Shown here one piece after another: positions 34,989 through 43,744 of a stretch of DNA of 64,000 nt (positions are counted from its first letter, which is position 1; each line of letters starts with the position of its first letter). The translations under genes were made by a program, and so were the position numbers. The notes beneath the pieces were generated by a model. The model made no database searches. It was given only the letters and a program-made list of their open reading frames with translations, and had not been told where the DNA came from. Source of the stretch: a virus (taxonomy: Duplodnaviria > Caudoviricetes); IMG/VR virus record IMGVR_UViG_3300032233_001964, positions 6,498 through 70,497 of that record. One strand, given 5' to 3'.

Positions 34989-36104
34989 CTACTGATTGGC
35001 CCAGTTGATGGGGACGATGTGTCCTGGTCCCCACGGTGTGTCCTGCACGGCGACGGTCTTTCCGTTCTTGTCGGTGCCAGGGAACACGTCGAGGTCTTGG
35101 AACTGCACCTCCGGGCTCCAGTAGAAGTAGATCACGCTGTCTCCGGCCTTCCCCCAGTACCGGAACCAGTTGTTCTGCGTGTAGTAGTCGTGGATGACGG
35201 CCTGCGCGACGGGGATCTTGTCGGTCGGACCGCACTTCGTCCACCCTTCGGGGGTCGCGTGGACGCCAGAAGGCGGTTCGGCGGCCGAAACCTCGCGGTT
35301 TTCGGGGTCTGAGGGCGCATTTTCGGCCTTCTGAGCCTCTTTTCCGCCGTTGTGGGCGCGTTCGAGGGCGTCGAGGCCGCGAATCAGGGCCATTCGGGCC
35401 ACCGTTTCGGCCGAAACTTCGACGCCCAGCTCCTTGACATGCGCCAGCCCCTTGATAGTGGGGATCATTGCCCGAAGTCTGTCTTGGATTTCGGCTTCGA
35501 GTTGAAGAATGAGCGTGCCGCGACCGTTTCCGGCGGCAACAGAGCCCCCGGCGGAGCGAAACTCGGCGCCTCGACGCTTGATCTCCTCGTCCGGGTCAAC
35601 GAACGTGCGTCGGCTGTCGGCGGGCGGGGCGGCTGGCGAGTCCCACTGGTGGTTCCGCGCCGGCGTCCAGTCCTTCCAGACCTCCCGCTCGCGCATCCAC
35701 ACGGCCTGCTGGAGCGCCTGGTCGGCGTAGTCGGGCTCCTGCGCCAGGCTTTCGAGGCCGCCGCGCATCGACACGTCGCCGGCGAGCTGGCCCCAACGTC
35801 CGGCAGGCGTGTTCCCGCCCTGCGGGGACACGACGTCGTCTCGTCGGTAGTCCTCGGCCCGTTCGGCAGGCTCCTCGCGGCGCGCCGGTCGGCGGATGAC
35901 CTCCGGCCCGCCCCGCGGCTCGGCCTTCGTGGCGCCCGCGGCCCACTCCCTCAACTGGAGCATACCTGTACTGCCGACGCCCCGGAGAGGCACGTCGGCG
36001 TCCGGTCCGTTCATCCATGTGATCACGTCGGCGTCGGTCGAGAACCCGGCCTTGTACAAGGCGTTGCGAAGGCGCAGCGGCAGCGGCAGGTCTTCTATCT
36101 TCAT
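34989..36104 (-). CDS. Protein with N-terminal RNA polymerase alpha-CTD-like (HhH) domain, 371 aa
   Basis: MKIEDLPLPLRLRNALYKAGFST..LRGVGSTGMLQL parallels alpha-CTD IDELELSVR..NCL..AGI.T...RNFG. Confidence 0.7.
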   Translation of the reverse strand: MKIEDLPLPLRLRNALYKAGFSTDADVITWMNGPDADVPLRGVGSTGMLQLREWAAGATKAEPRGGPEVIRRPARREEPAERAEDYRRDDVVSPQGGNTPAGRWGQLAGDVSMRGGLESLAQEPDYADQALQQAVWMREREVWKDWTPARNHQWDSPAAPPADSRRTFVDPDEEIKRRGAEFRSAGGSVAAGNGRGTLILQLEAEIQDRLRAMIPTIKGLAHVKELGVEVSAETVARMALIRGLDALERAHNGGKEAQKAENAPSDPENREVSAAEPPSGVHATPEGWTKCGPTDKIPVAQAVIHDYYTQNNWFRYWGKAGDSVIYFYWSPEVQFQDLDVFPGTDKNGKTVAVQDTPWGPGHIVPINWANQ

Positions 36105-36299
36105 TGGAACCTCCGGCGCATCCATAACACGGTGGTATGGTGTTTCGCAAGAAACTCTGCGATATTTTTGGTGTCGGTGGCCGGGTCCCCTTCTACCGAA
36201 GCGGTATGGGTGTCGGGGAAAAGTTTGCGGTAATAGGAGGGGCTTTCCGTTTGGGATCCCTGTCGTGCCCCAAGCGGGTATGGCAGGTTCGATGCGTTG

Positions 36300-36800
36300 C
36301 ATCATCGATGCTTCGTGGCGTCGTCGTCACGTCGTGACGCGGCGGCGACGCGAAGCGCCGGCCGGTGGGGGAGGACCACGCGCTGTGTGCGCGGTCCGTC
36401 CGACCGGCCGCGGTGGGACCGCGCGTGGTGGGCGAGCGCGTCGGCCGCTTGCGACGCGGTAGGCTGGCGGGAGGGGAGGGGCGCGGACCGCGCTGTGGTG
36501 GGACCGATCGTGCTCCGGGTGGCTCGCGCTCCGTGGTCGACGTCGGCCGCGCTCGTGCGTCGCGTTCATGCGTTCGGGTACGTCGGCCGACAACGTGCGA
36601 CGCGCGGCCACGTCGGCAAGCCTGCGTCGGCGGACCGTCCCGTAGGGCGCGCGCACTGGTAGCATCGACGCTAAGGGGTCTACGCGCGCGTAGGATCGAC
36701 GAGCGGCACGTAGGGTAGGGGTCCATAGGGGTACGTGGTCCGCGTCGATTGTAGCGCGTCCTATGGCCCTTGCGCGCGATCCGATCTTTTTTGGGGTCCG
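36300..36800. repeat. Non-coding G-skewed region with short imperfect repeats (candidate genome terminus/pac region)
   Basis: CGTCGGC x5, GGACC(A)CGCG/GGTGGG repeats, TAGGG(G) x3; sits at the late/early transcription switch. Confidence 0.45.
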
Positions 36801-36890
36801 CGTCTCTTTTTTGTGGCGCGCCTATACCAGCGTGGTAAGATGCTTTCACGGAAGGCGAATGAACGCCGCCGATCAACGGAGTACCCGACT

Positions 36891-37160
36891 ATGACCCTCA
36901 CGCTCGCACAGATGGACCACAACGCGCTTGCGCTCGCGGCCGCCATTGAACGTCTTACTGGCTACGTCCCCGTACACCACGGGGACGGCGTGATCGGAGC
37001 CGACCACGAAGGACGCGAGGTGATCGTATCCGTACAGGACGACGGAACGGTATCGGTCGCGCTGTATACGGACGACGGGGAGGAGATCGAAGCCGTAACG
37101 GATGATCTGGACTACGACGCGCGCGCCGTACTGGACGCTATCGCGCGTCTCGTCCTGTAG
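36891..37160 (+). CDS. First early gene, acidic protein (89 aa)
   Basis: TGG-TAAGAT promoter at 36833-36841, GGAG SD. Confidence 0.7.
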   Translation: MTLTLAQMDHNALALAAAIERLTGYVPVHHGDGVIGADHEGREVIVSVQDDGTVSVALYTDDGEEIEAVTDDLDYDARAVLDAIARLVL

Positions 37161-37260
37161 TCCGCAAGCGCTACCGGCTACGGCCGGTAGTCGCGCAGGA
37201 CGCCCGATCCGTCGGACGTCGCGCGCGACTAATCGCAAACACTGACAGGGAGTATCCGCC

Positions 37261-37932
37261 ATGCTGACCGAATCCGACATCCTCTGGGCCGCGACGTCCT
37301 CGAACGTCAAGACGGGCAACGTCCCTACCGCATGGGTGGGCACGACGCGCGATGCGTGCCGCGAGTCTTGCCGCGGCTGCCCGCTCGCGCCGAAGGACAT
37401 CGGCGGGAACGGCGAATGCTACAGCCATTCGGGCAGCCCGGCTATCGCGCATTCGTCCATCCGTAAGGCGGCCGCGGCCGGCAAGGACCGCACGCTTACG
37501 GCCGCCATTCGCGGAGCCGTTCGCAGCGCGCGCATGCTTCGCTATACGGCTATCGGGGACGGCGGACGAACGGCTCCCGGCGTGGCGGATCGGATCGTGG
37601 AAGCGGCGCGCGCGGCCAAGCTGCAGCTTGTCGGCTACACGCACCACTGGCGCGAGCCGGCCGTAGCGGCCGAATGGCGCGGCCGCCTTATGGCATCCGT
37701 GGAAAGCATGGCGGACGCGGACGCAGCGCTTGCGGCCGGATGGCGCGCGGCCGTGGTCGTGCCCGTCGACACTCCGGCGCGCGGCACGACGCCCAGCGGC
37801 GCGCGCTTCGTCGTCTGCCCGGCCCAGACGTCCGACGGCCGCGTGACGTGCAACGATTGCCGCTTGTGCGACGCGAGCCGGCCCGGCCCGGTAATCGCCT
37901 TCCGCGAGCACGGGAACGGCGTCAAGCGATAG
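37261..37932 (+). CDS. Cys-rich gp88/DUF7227-like (radical-SAM-related) protein
   Basis: SNVKTG..CxxxCxGC..CY, GD, GYTH, CPAQ..VTCNDCRLC..FxxHG. Confidence 0.65.
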   Translation: MLTESDILWAATSSNVKTGNVPTAWVGTTRDACRESCRGCPLAPKDIGGNGECYSHSGSPAIAHSSIRKAAAAGKDRTLTAAIRGAVRSARMLRYTAIGDGGRTAPGVADRIVEAARAAKLQLVGYTHHWREPAVAAEWRGRLMASVESMADADAALAAGWRAAVVVPVDTPARGTTPSGARFVVCPAQTSDGRVTCNDCRLCDASRPGPVIAFREHGNGVKR

Positions 37933-38360
37933 GCCCGGCCCGGCGGCCCGTCGGCCCGGCCGTTATCGCGCGTCGCCGCTTGCGATAGTGTTAGGAATCC
38001 GGGAATAGTGCAGGTTCAACCTACGCTATTCCTTATTGCAACTCAGTTGCGATATGACTCGTGCTTCGGCCCGTCTCGAACGGCGGCGCGAGCTTACCCG
38101 GAACGTCACTCTACCGGAACGTTACCACATAGAAGCATGTCTATTAGCGTGCGTGTATTCGATATTCTCTTTTCTAATATTCACGTTCTATAGGGGCTCT
38201 ATGGTCCGGCGCGTTTAGGCCCGTTTCGCGGCTAACCACGCGTTATCGCTGGATACTGGCGCAAGCGCAGGCGGCAACGCACCTACCGTACCGGTAGAAC
38301 CGGCGATAACGTAGGGCCAACGCCACGATACGACGAGCCCCGACAATATGACCGATCCGG
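37933..38360. other. Non-coding AT-richer region with inverted and direct repeats (candidate origin of replication)
   Basis: Hairpins GGAATAG..CTATTCC and CGTTATCGC..GCGATAACG; (T)ACC(C)GGAACGT x2; AT-rich run ~38140-38195. Confidence 0.4.
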
Positions 38361-38427
38361 CTTGACAGATCATACCACCACGATAAGGTACAAACACCGG
38401 CGCCGAACGCCGGCCAACGGAGGACAG

Positions 38428-38694
38428 ATGTTCAGCGTAGCAGTCAACAGCCCCAACCCGATCCGCGGCCTCACCGGATGCTTCAGCGTCCGCCCCGCCG
38501 GACGCACGGACGCGCTCGCCAACGCGCTCCGGCGCATCCACAGGGACACCGGGCTGGGAGCGCTCGCGCACCACTGCTACGGCTACACCCGGAGCCCGAA
38601 GGGTGGCGTCACTACCTACCACGAAGTCACGCTCGGTCGTGACGGCGTGCCCTCCGCGCGCGTCCGTATCGTGCTCGGCGGGGGTGTCGCGTGA
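38428..38694 (+). CDS. Early hypothetical protein
   Basis: TTGACA-N16-TAAGGT promoter (38362-38389), GGAGG SD. Confidence 0.7.
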   Translation: MFSVAVNSPNPIRGLTGCFSVRPAGRTDALANALRRIHRDTGLGALAHHCYGYTRSPKGGVTTYHEVTLGRDGVPSARVRIVLGGGVA

Positions 38695-38774
38695 ACCGCG
38701 CCGCCGCCGTCCTGATCCTCGCCGCCTACGGCATTGCGGCCGGCTGGGCCTTCCTCAACTGGGGGCTCGCATGA
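38691..38774 (+). CDS. 27-aa hydrophobic peptide
   Basis: Coupled at both ends: MNRAAAVLILAAYGIAAGWAFLNWGLA. Confidence 0.5.
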   Translation: MNRAAAVLILAAYGIAAGWAFLNWGLA

Positions 38775-39022
38775 TCGTCGACCCCGTAGCCCGACACGAG
38801 GCCGCCGCGCTCCGTGCCCGGCGCGAGCAGGACGAGCGCCGCGCCTACGGCAACTGGGCCGGTGTCCTGGCCGCGGTCGACCGCGAGCGGCGGCACCTCG
38901 AAGCCGCCGCCGCGTTCCTCGACGAGGCGGCCGAGGTCGCCACGGCTATCGGCGACCGCGCCGGAGCTCGATCCTACCGCGCCCGCGCTACCAGCCTCCG
39001 CAGCTGGGCGCACGTTCTCTAA
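38771..39022 (+). CDS. Early hypothetical protein
   Basis: ATGA coupling. Confidence 0.6.
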   Translation: MIVDPVARHEAAALRARREQDERRAYGNWAGVLAAVDRERRHLEAAAAFLDEAAEVATAIGDRAGARSYRARATSLRSWAHVL

Positions 39023-39046
39023 CCTCGACCCCCAGGAGTATCAGCC

Positions 39047-39322
39047 ATGAATACCGCTTCCACTCGCATGAACCGGGTAACCGTGCTCGCGGAGTACCTC
39101 GGCTGGGACCGCGCCGACGTGCCGGCCTACGAGTACAGGGCCGGACGCTTTGCCACGCGCGTCTACTCTATCGGACGCCGCTGCTACTGCGTGACCACGC
39201 GCGGACAGACGCCGCCGCAGGATGTCCGCGGGGACGGGCCGGCGCTCGACTGGCGGGCGTTGCCCGCCGATACGTGGCCGCTCCCGCGCTATCCGGGCAC
39301 CGTGCTGTGGGTGGCAGAATGA
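39047..39322 (+). CDS. Early hypothetical protein
   Basis: AGGAG SD. Confidence 0.65.
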   Translation: MNTASTRMNRVTVLAEYLGWDRADVPAYEYRAGRFATRVYSIGRRCYCVTTRGQTPPQDVRGDGPALDWRALPADTWPLPRYPGTVLWVAE

Positions 39323-39522
39323 CCGCGCGCCACGAAGAGCCGGCCGCGTCGGAGCCGCTGCGCGACGACCTGTGCGCCTGGTACGGGACGCCGCCCTGGA
39401 CCCGTCCGGTCCAGCCGGTCGACCGTCCGGCCACCGATCCGGCGGACACGAGCGCCGACGGCCAGGACTACGGCCAGGATGCCGGCCCGGATGCCGGCGC
39501 GGACAATCTTCTACCTTTCTGA
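39319..39522 (+). CDS. Early hypothetical protein
   Basis: ATGA coupling. Confidence 0.5.
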   Translation: MTARHEEPAASEPLRDDLCAWYGTPPWTRPVQPVDRPATDPADTSADGQDYGQDAGPDAGADNLLPF

Positions 39523-39532
39523 CGCATGCCCC

Positions 39533-39561
39533 TTGACTGTACCTTACCGCCGTACTATGAT
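39533..39561 (+). promoter_or_regulatory. Sigma70-type promoter with overlapping operator
   Basis: TTGACT-N17-TATGAT; operator 39543-39559. Confidence 0.8.
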
Positions 39562-39585
39562 CTATCCACACAACGGAGGCCCACA

Positions 39586-39909
39586 ATGAACTACGCAGGC
39601 GCACCGAACAGCCCCTACGCCGACATGCTCGGCGACCGGCCCGATCACCTCACGACCGACGACGTACTGCCGGCCCTGATCGAGGCGGACATCGCCGCAT
39701 GGCTCGACCAGGACGGCGACCTGCACGTCGAGGCGGCCGACGGCACGCGCATCGAGGTCGCCTGCTATCGGGACGACGAGCAGTGGATCCGGCGCCGCAG
39801 CGGCGCGTTCGTCGGTCAGCTGACCGAACGCAAGCCGGCCGCCTTCGTGACCGCCTTCGTCGCGCTCTGCAAGGCCGAAGGGATCGACCTGCTCGGCTCT
39901 GACGACTAA
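39586..39909 (+). CDS. Early acidic hypothetical protein
   Basis: GGAGG SD. Confidence 0.7.
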   Translation: MNYAGAPNSPYADMLGDRPDHLTTDDVLPALIEADIAAWLDQDGDLHVEAADGTRIEVACYRDDEQWIRRRSGAFVGQLTERKPAAFVTAFVALCKAEGIDLLGSDD

Positions 39910-39964
39910 CTACGCAGCCCCGGCCACACGGCCAGCCTACACGACAAACACGGAGACGTCAACC

Positions 39965-40186
39965 ATGAACACCGATCATACAACCCCGCCCGGCTTCATC
40001 GAGGTCACGACCTACAACACCAACGCGCAGTGGACGGTGCTGCTGCCCATCGCCGGCGTATTCGTCGTGGCCGAGCCGGGCTGCGCCGTCCGCCTCCGGC
40101 CCTTGACCGGCGGCACGGGCTGGGAGGTCCGCGAATCCTACGAGCAGGTACTCGCCAAGATCACCGCAGCCTGCGTGCGGCCATGA
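39965..40186 (+). CDS. Early hypothetical protein
   Basis: GGAG SD. Confidence 0.65.
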   Translation: MNTDHTTPPGFIEVTTYNTNAQWTVLLPIAGVFVVAEPGCAVRLRPLTGGTGWEVRESYEQVLAKITAACVRP

Positions 40187-40407
40187 GCGCGACCGACAGC
40201 CGCCCGCCCTGCCCCGACTGCGGCGCGCCTGCGTCCCGCTGCGCCTGGTACGGGCGCACCCGCCGCGTCTACTCGTGTGACCAGTGCGCCGCCCGCCGCC
40301 GCGATCCGGCCGTGGTCGAGGTCCGCACCTCGTCCGGCTGGCGCGGCTGGCGCAACGCACGCGGCCCGTGCGAGGACGCGCCCTGCTGCGGCTGCTGCAC
40401 ATACTGA
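40183..40407 (+). CDS. Cys-rich small protein (CEDAPCCGCC C-terminus)
   Basis: CPDC, CDQC and CEDAPCCGCC motifs. Confidence 0.7.
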   Translation: MSATDSRPPCPDCGAPASRCAWYGRTRRVYSCDQCAARRRDPAVVEVRTSSGWRGWRNARGPCEDAPCCGCCTY

Positions 40408-40434
40408 AGTCGGGCCGCGCAGGTGCCCCGCCCC

Positions 40435-40463
40435 TTGACGATACCTTACCGCCACGCTATCAT
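40435..40463 (+). promoter_or_regulatory. Sigma70-type promoter with overlapping operator
   Basis: TTGACG-N17-TATCAT; operator 40445-40461. Confidence 0.8.
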
Positions 40464-40489
40464 CTGTCTGCCACTCAGGAGAACCGACC

Positions 40490-40975
40490 ATGACTAACCT
40501 TACGGGCGCAATCGCGAAACGCTACGACAACCCTGCCGACCTGTTCCGTAGCCTCTACAAGTACACCGACTGCGGCGCGCAGGCGGGCATCCTCGTCGAG
40601 GAGACCATCCACGCCCCCACCTCGTCCGACCCGTGGGCCGAAGAGGGCGGCACCCGCTGGGTCTACGACGCGCGCGACCTGCCCGGATCGTGGGAGGACA
40701 TCCACGTCCTCGCCGTCAGCGTGTCGTCCATCGTGGAGGGGATCGACGCCATGACGGCGACGCACGTCGTGCGCGTTGAGGACGTGAGCGAGGAGAACTT
40801 CGACGCAGCGTGGGACGCAGCCGTCGCCGCCGTCGAGGAGGAAGCGGACGCCCTATGGAACGATACTCACGGCTGCCCGACCTGCGCGGCTCATCATGGC
40901 GTCGACCTCTCCGAGGAAGCCTCCCCCGTGTGGGATGAGTGTCCCGAATGCGGCGGACACGGCGACGCGATCTAA
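40490..40975 (+). CDS. Early acidic protein with C-terminal Zn finger
   Basis: AGGAGA SD; CPTC..CPEC. Confidence 0.7.
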   Translation: MTNLTGAIAKRYDNPADLFRSLYKYTDCGAQAGILVEETIHAPTSSDPWAEEGGTRWVYDARDLPGSWEDIHVLAVSVSSIVEGIDAMTATHVVRVEDVSEENFDAAWDAAVAAVEEEADALWNDTHGCPTCAAHHGVDLSEEASPVWDECPECGGHGDAI

Positions 40976-41004
40976 TCCTCACCGACCGACCAGGAGAACC
41001 GACC

Positions 41005-41235
41005 ATGACCCACGTCGAAGAATACGCCAACGCCATGTCTGAGCTGTACGAGTTTGAGTCCGCAGCCTACGAGGATCAGGCCCGCCGCTACCTGCTCGGC
41101 GAGCCCGCCGCTGCTGCCCGACACGCCTACAGCCTGCTCCTGAAGGCCGACGCCACCGACGACCGGTGCAGCGCCCGCCTCCTCCGCACGGCCGGCATGG
41201 CCCTCCTCGCGGCCGTCGTCGAGGGGGACGTATGA
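41005..41235 (+). CDS. Early hypothetical protein
   Basis: AGGAGA SD. Confidence 0.6.
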   Translation: MTHVEEYANAMSELYEFESAAYEDQARRYLLGEPAAAARHAYSLLLKADATDDRCSARLLRTAGMALLAAVVEGDV

Positions 41236-41513
41236 GCGCCGAAGACCGCGCGCGGCGCTCCGCGCACGACCTGTCCATCGCCCTCGTCGGCATCATCGCC
41301 GACGAGGCGGCCTCCGCCATCCGTATCGTCGAGGCGCAGGCCATCGCGCAGCGCGCCCTCGCCGTCGCAGGCCACGCCTACATCCGCGGCATGGTGCGAG
41401 GCCACGAGGAGGCGCTCGTCGAGTTGCGACGCATCCAGCGGCGCGTCACGATGGTGCAGGACGCGCTCCGCGAGGCGCGCATGGCCGCCGAGCGGATCGA
41501 GGCCGGACCGTGA
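41232..41513 (+). CDS. Early hypothetical protein
   Basis: ATGA coupling. Confidence 0.6.
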   Translation: MSAEDRARRSAHDLSIALVGIIADEAASAIRIVEAQAIAQRALAVAGHAYIRGMVRGHEEALVELRRIQRRVTMVQDALREARMAAERIEAGP

Positions 41514-41592
41514 TGTGCCTCCTGCTGATCGTCCCGCCGCTCGCACTCGTCGTGTGGGCGAGCGTCTGCCCCTACAACCCCCGGAGGGAACC

Positions 41593-42036
41593 GTGACCAC
41601 ACAAGACTACACCATCTCGCTGCGCGTGAAGCCTGGCGCACGCCGCGCCCAGCTGACCCTGAACACGCCCACCCGGCCGGGCCTCTGCGTCGTCCGGCCC
41701 GGCGTCGACGAGGCGCACGCCGTCGCCAACGCGCTGCGTGGCATGGCCGACATGATCGACGCGCGCCGCCGGCAGGCGCTCCGGGACGCCGGTGCCACCG
41801 ACTGGGTCCGGCTCAGCATCGACGTGGACGTCGAGGTCGAGGCCGGCCAGATCGAGGCGGCCCGCCGGGCCGAGGCGGGCGCGCAGTCCGGCGACATGGC
41901 CGCCGCGCAGGAGGTCATGAACCTCGCGCTCGAATGGCTGGCGACCGCCATGTACGACAAAGACTCCAGGGACTGGCAGTCCTTCGACTGGGCGCTCGTG
42001 GACGACTGCGACCCCGACGACTTCCCGGAGGCATGA
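41593..42036 (+). CDS. Early hypothetical protein
   Basis: GTG start (VTTQDYTISLRVK) after GGAGGG. Confidence 0.6.
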   Translation: MTTQDYTISLRVKPGARRAQLTLNTPTRPGLCVVRPGVDEAHAVANALRGMADMIDARRRQALRDAGATDWVRLSIDVDVEVEAGQIEAARRAEAGAQSGDMAAAQEVMNLALEWLATAMYDKDSRDWQSFDWALVDDCDPDDFPEA

Positions 42037-42230
42037 TGCCGGATCGCGTCATCATCATCGACTACACCAACTGGAAGGGAGAGCGGCGGCGCCGGACCAT
42101 CCTGCCCCGCGAGCTCTGGTACGGGACGACGAACTACCACACGACGCCGCAATGGTTCATCCGTGCGGTCGACCTTGAGAAGACGGCGGTGCGTGACTTC
42201 GCGCTCCGTGACATCCACTCCACCATCTGA
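42033..42230 (+). CDS. Stand-alone WYL-like domain protein
   Basis: IDYTNWKGERRRRTILP..WYG..QWFIRAVDLEK..RDFALRDI. Confidence 0.65.
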   Translation: MMPDRVIIIDYTNWKGERRRRTILPRELWYGTTNYHTTPQWFIRAVDLEKTAVRDFALRDIHSTI

Positions 42231-42237
42231 GGACACC

Positions 42238-42393
42238 ATGAACGACAACCAGCACCAGCAACTCATTGAGACGCTCATCGCGCAGACCACGGCGGTCCGG
42301 GAGATCCACGCCCTCATCGTCCGCATCATCCTGTGGAGCGCCGTCGCCGGCCTCGCGAGCGTCGTCTGGACGTTCGTCAACACGCCCGTCTGA
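42238..42393 (+). CDS. Small membrane protein
   Basis: C-terminal TM helix. Confidence 0.55.
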   Translation: MNDNQHQQLIETLIAQTTAVREIHALIVRIILWSAVAGLASVVWTFVNTPV

Positions 42394-42414
42394 ACGCGCC
42401 AGGGAGGACCGCCG

Positions 42415-42448
42415 AGGGCCGCCGGAGCATCAAGCATCCGGCGGCCCT
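42415..42448. terminator. Hairpin at the convergence of early and replication units
   Basis: AGGGCCGCCGGA / TCCGGCGGCCCT, 12-bp perfect stem. Confidence 0.7.
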
Positions 42449-42541
42449 GCTGCGTTTCAGGCAGTCTCGTCAGGCATGGCTCCGCCAGGGAGGCACTTCA
42501 CCCCGGTTGCGCGGCCATGTGACGCCCGCAGCAGGGATCCG

Positions 42542-43141
42542 TTATCCGCTCACGCGCTGGGCCGCAACGATCTGAGCGAGACGTTCGTCGAAGTCGAGGT
42601 CGACCTTGACCGCAGTCTCCACCGTGGTCGTCGAGGTCTTCGGCACCTCGACGAGGCCGCACCGGTCGAGGACCAGCTCGGCCGCCTTGAGCCGGTCCTT
42701 CGGCGTCACGGTGTCGTCGTTCATCAGGTCGACGAGCGTGGAGAGCGCCGCCTCCGCCGCGTCTTCGAGCTCCTGGCCGAGTGTCTTCCGGCGCAGGTCG
42801 CGACCCTTGTCGATGCCCGCCTTCATGGCAGGATCCTCGGCCCACTGCCACACGATGTGGGGCCGGAGCTTCAGCCGGCGCGCCACGTCGCGCACGGTGT
42901 ACCCGGCAGCGAGGAGCTGGACCGCCACAGCGCGCGTCTCCGGGTCGTTGGAGAAGCGCGTCTGCTCCGCCAGCATCTCGACCACTTCCTGCTCGGCGGT
43001 CGGCGCCACGCGCGTCACCTTGGCGAGTTGGAGCGGGCCGGGAGCGGACGGCGCGACGACGTGGTCGGGCTTCGCCGCGTCCGGCAGGTCGACGGCGTGG
43101 GCGGTCGGGGCGGTCTGCGTAGGCTTCGGTTCGCGTGGCAT
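42542..43141 (-). CDS. HTH protein, terminase small subunit-like
   Basis: HTH (GYTVRDVARRL) then helical LSTLVDLM..RLKAAELVLDRCG; possibly leaderless (TATGCT 6 nt upstream). Confidence 0.5.
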   Translation of the reverse strand: MPREPKPTQTAPTAHAVDLPDAAKPDHVVAPSAPGPLQLAKVTRVAPTAEQEVVEMLAEQTRFSNDPETRAVAVQLLAAGYTVRDVARRLKLRPHIVWQWAEDPAMKAGIDKGRDLRRKTLGQELEDAAEAALSTLVDLMNDDTVTPKDRLKAAELVLDRCGLVEVPKTSTTTVETAVKVDLDFDERLAQIVAAQRVSG

Positions 43142-43219
43142 GCGTGAAGCATAACCGCAGCGGCAAGGGAACGGGAGGACGAAGATACCGGTGGACGCCC
43201 TCCCGTTCCTCGTGTATCC

Positions 43220-43744
43220 TTACGGAGCCGGAGGCTGCGCGCTTGGCTTCTTGTGCGCGTCCCGCCGGGCCTTCTGCGCCACCGCACGCTTGATGTGGTG
43301 GATGCAGAACGTCCCGCGCGCGTTCGCGATCCGGTACTGACCCGTCCGGCTGCACCGGATGCCGCCCTTCGGGTCGATCAGGTACGAGCATCCGTAGCGC
43401 ACGGGCTGCCCCTTGTGGTCGAGGCGCTCGCGCCGCTCCACGTTGGCCGGCAGCGTGTCGATGCGGTTGACCACTTCCTCCGACGTGGTGATCGTGAGCC
43501 GGCGGAGCCGACGGCAGAGCCGCTTCGCCCCGTCGTCGGGGAGCCGGTCGAGGAGGGCGCACGCCGCCAGGACGTGACGCACGCACACCTCTCCCTTGAT
43601 CAGGGCGAGGCCGGACAGGATCGCCAGCGCATCGCCCTCGGAGCGCTGCCAGAACAGGCAATGCTCCGCCGTGGCCTTCGAGATCGGCACCTCGTACCAG
43701 TCGGGCAGCTGCTCGTAGATGCGGGGCTGGACGCGCTTACCCAT
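43220..43744 (-). CDS. Hypothetical protein with C-terminal Cys/His cluster
   Basis: Coupled to the upstream gene. Confidence 0.6.
   Translation of the reverse strand: MGKRVQPRIYEQLPDWYEVPISKATAEHCLFWQRSEGDALAILSGLALIKGEVCVRHVLAACALLDRLPDDGAKRLCRRLRRLTITTSEEVVNRIDTLPANVERRERLDHKGQPVRYGCSYLIDPKGGIRCSRTGQYRIANARGTFCIHHIKRAVAQKARRDAHKKPSAQPPAP

Noticed and set aside
36300-36800. CRISPR array or iteron array
   Set aside because: Repeats are short, degenerate and irregularly spaced
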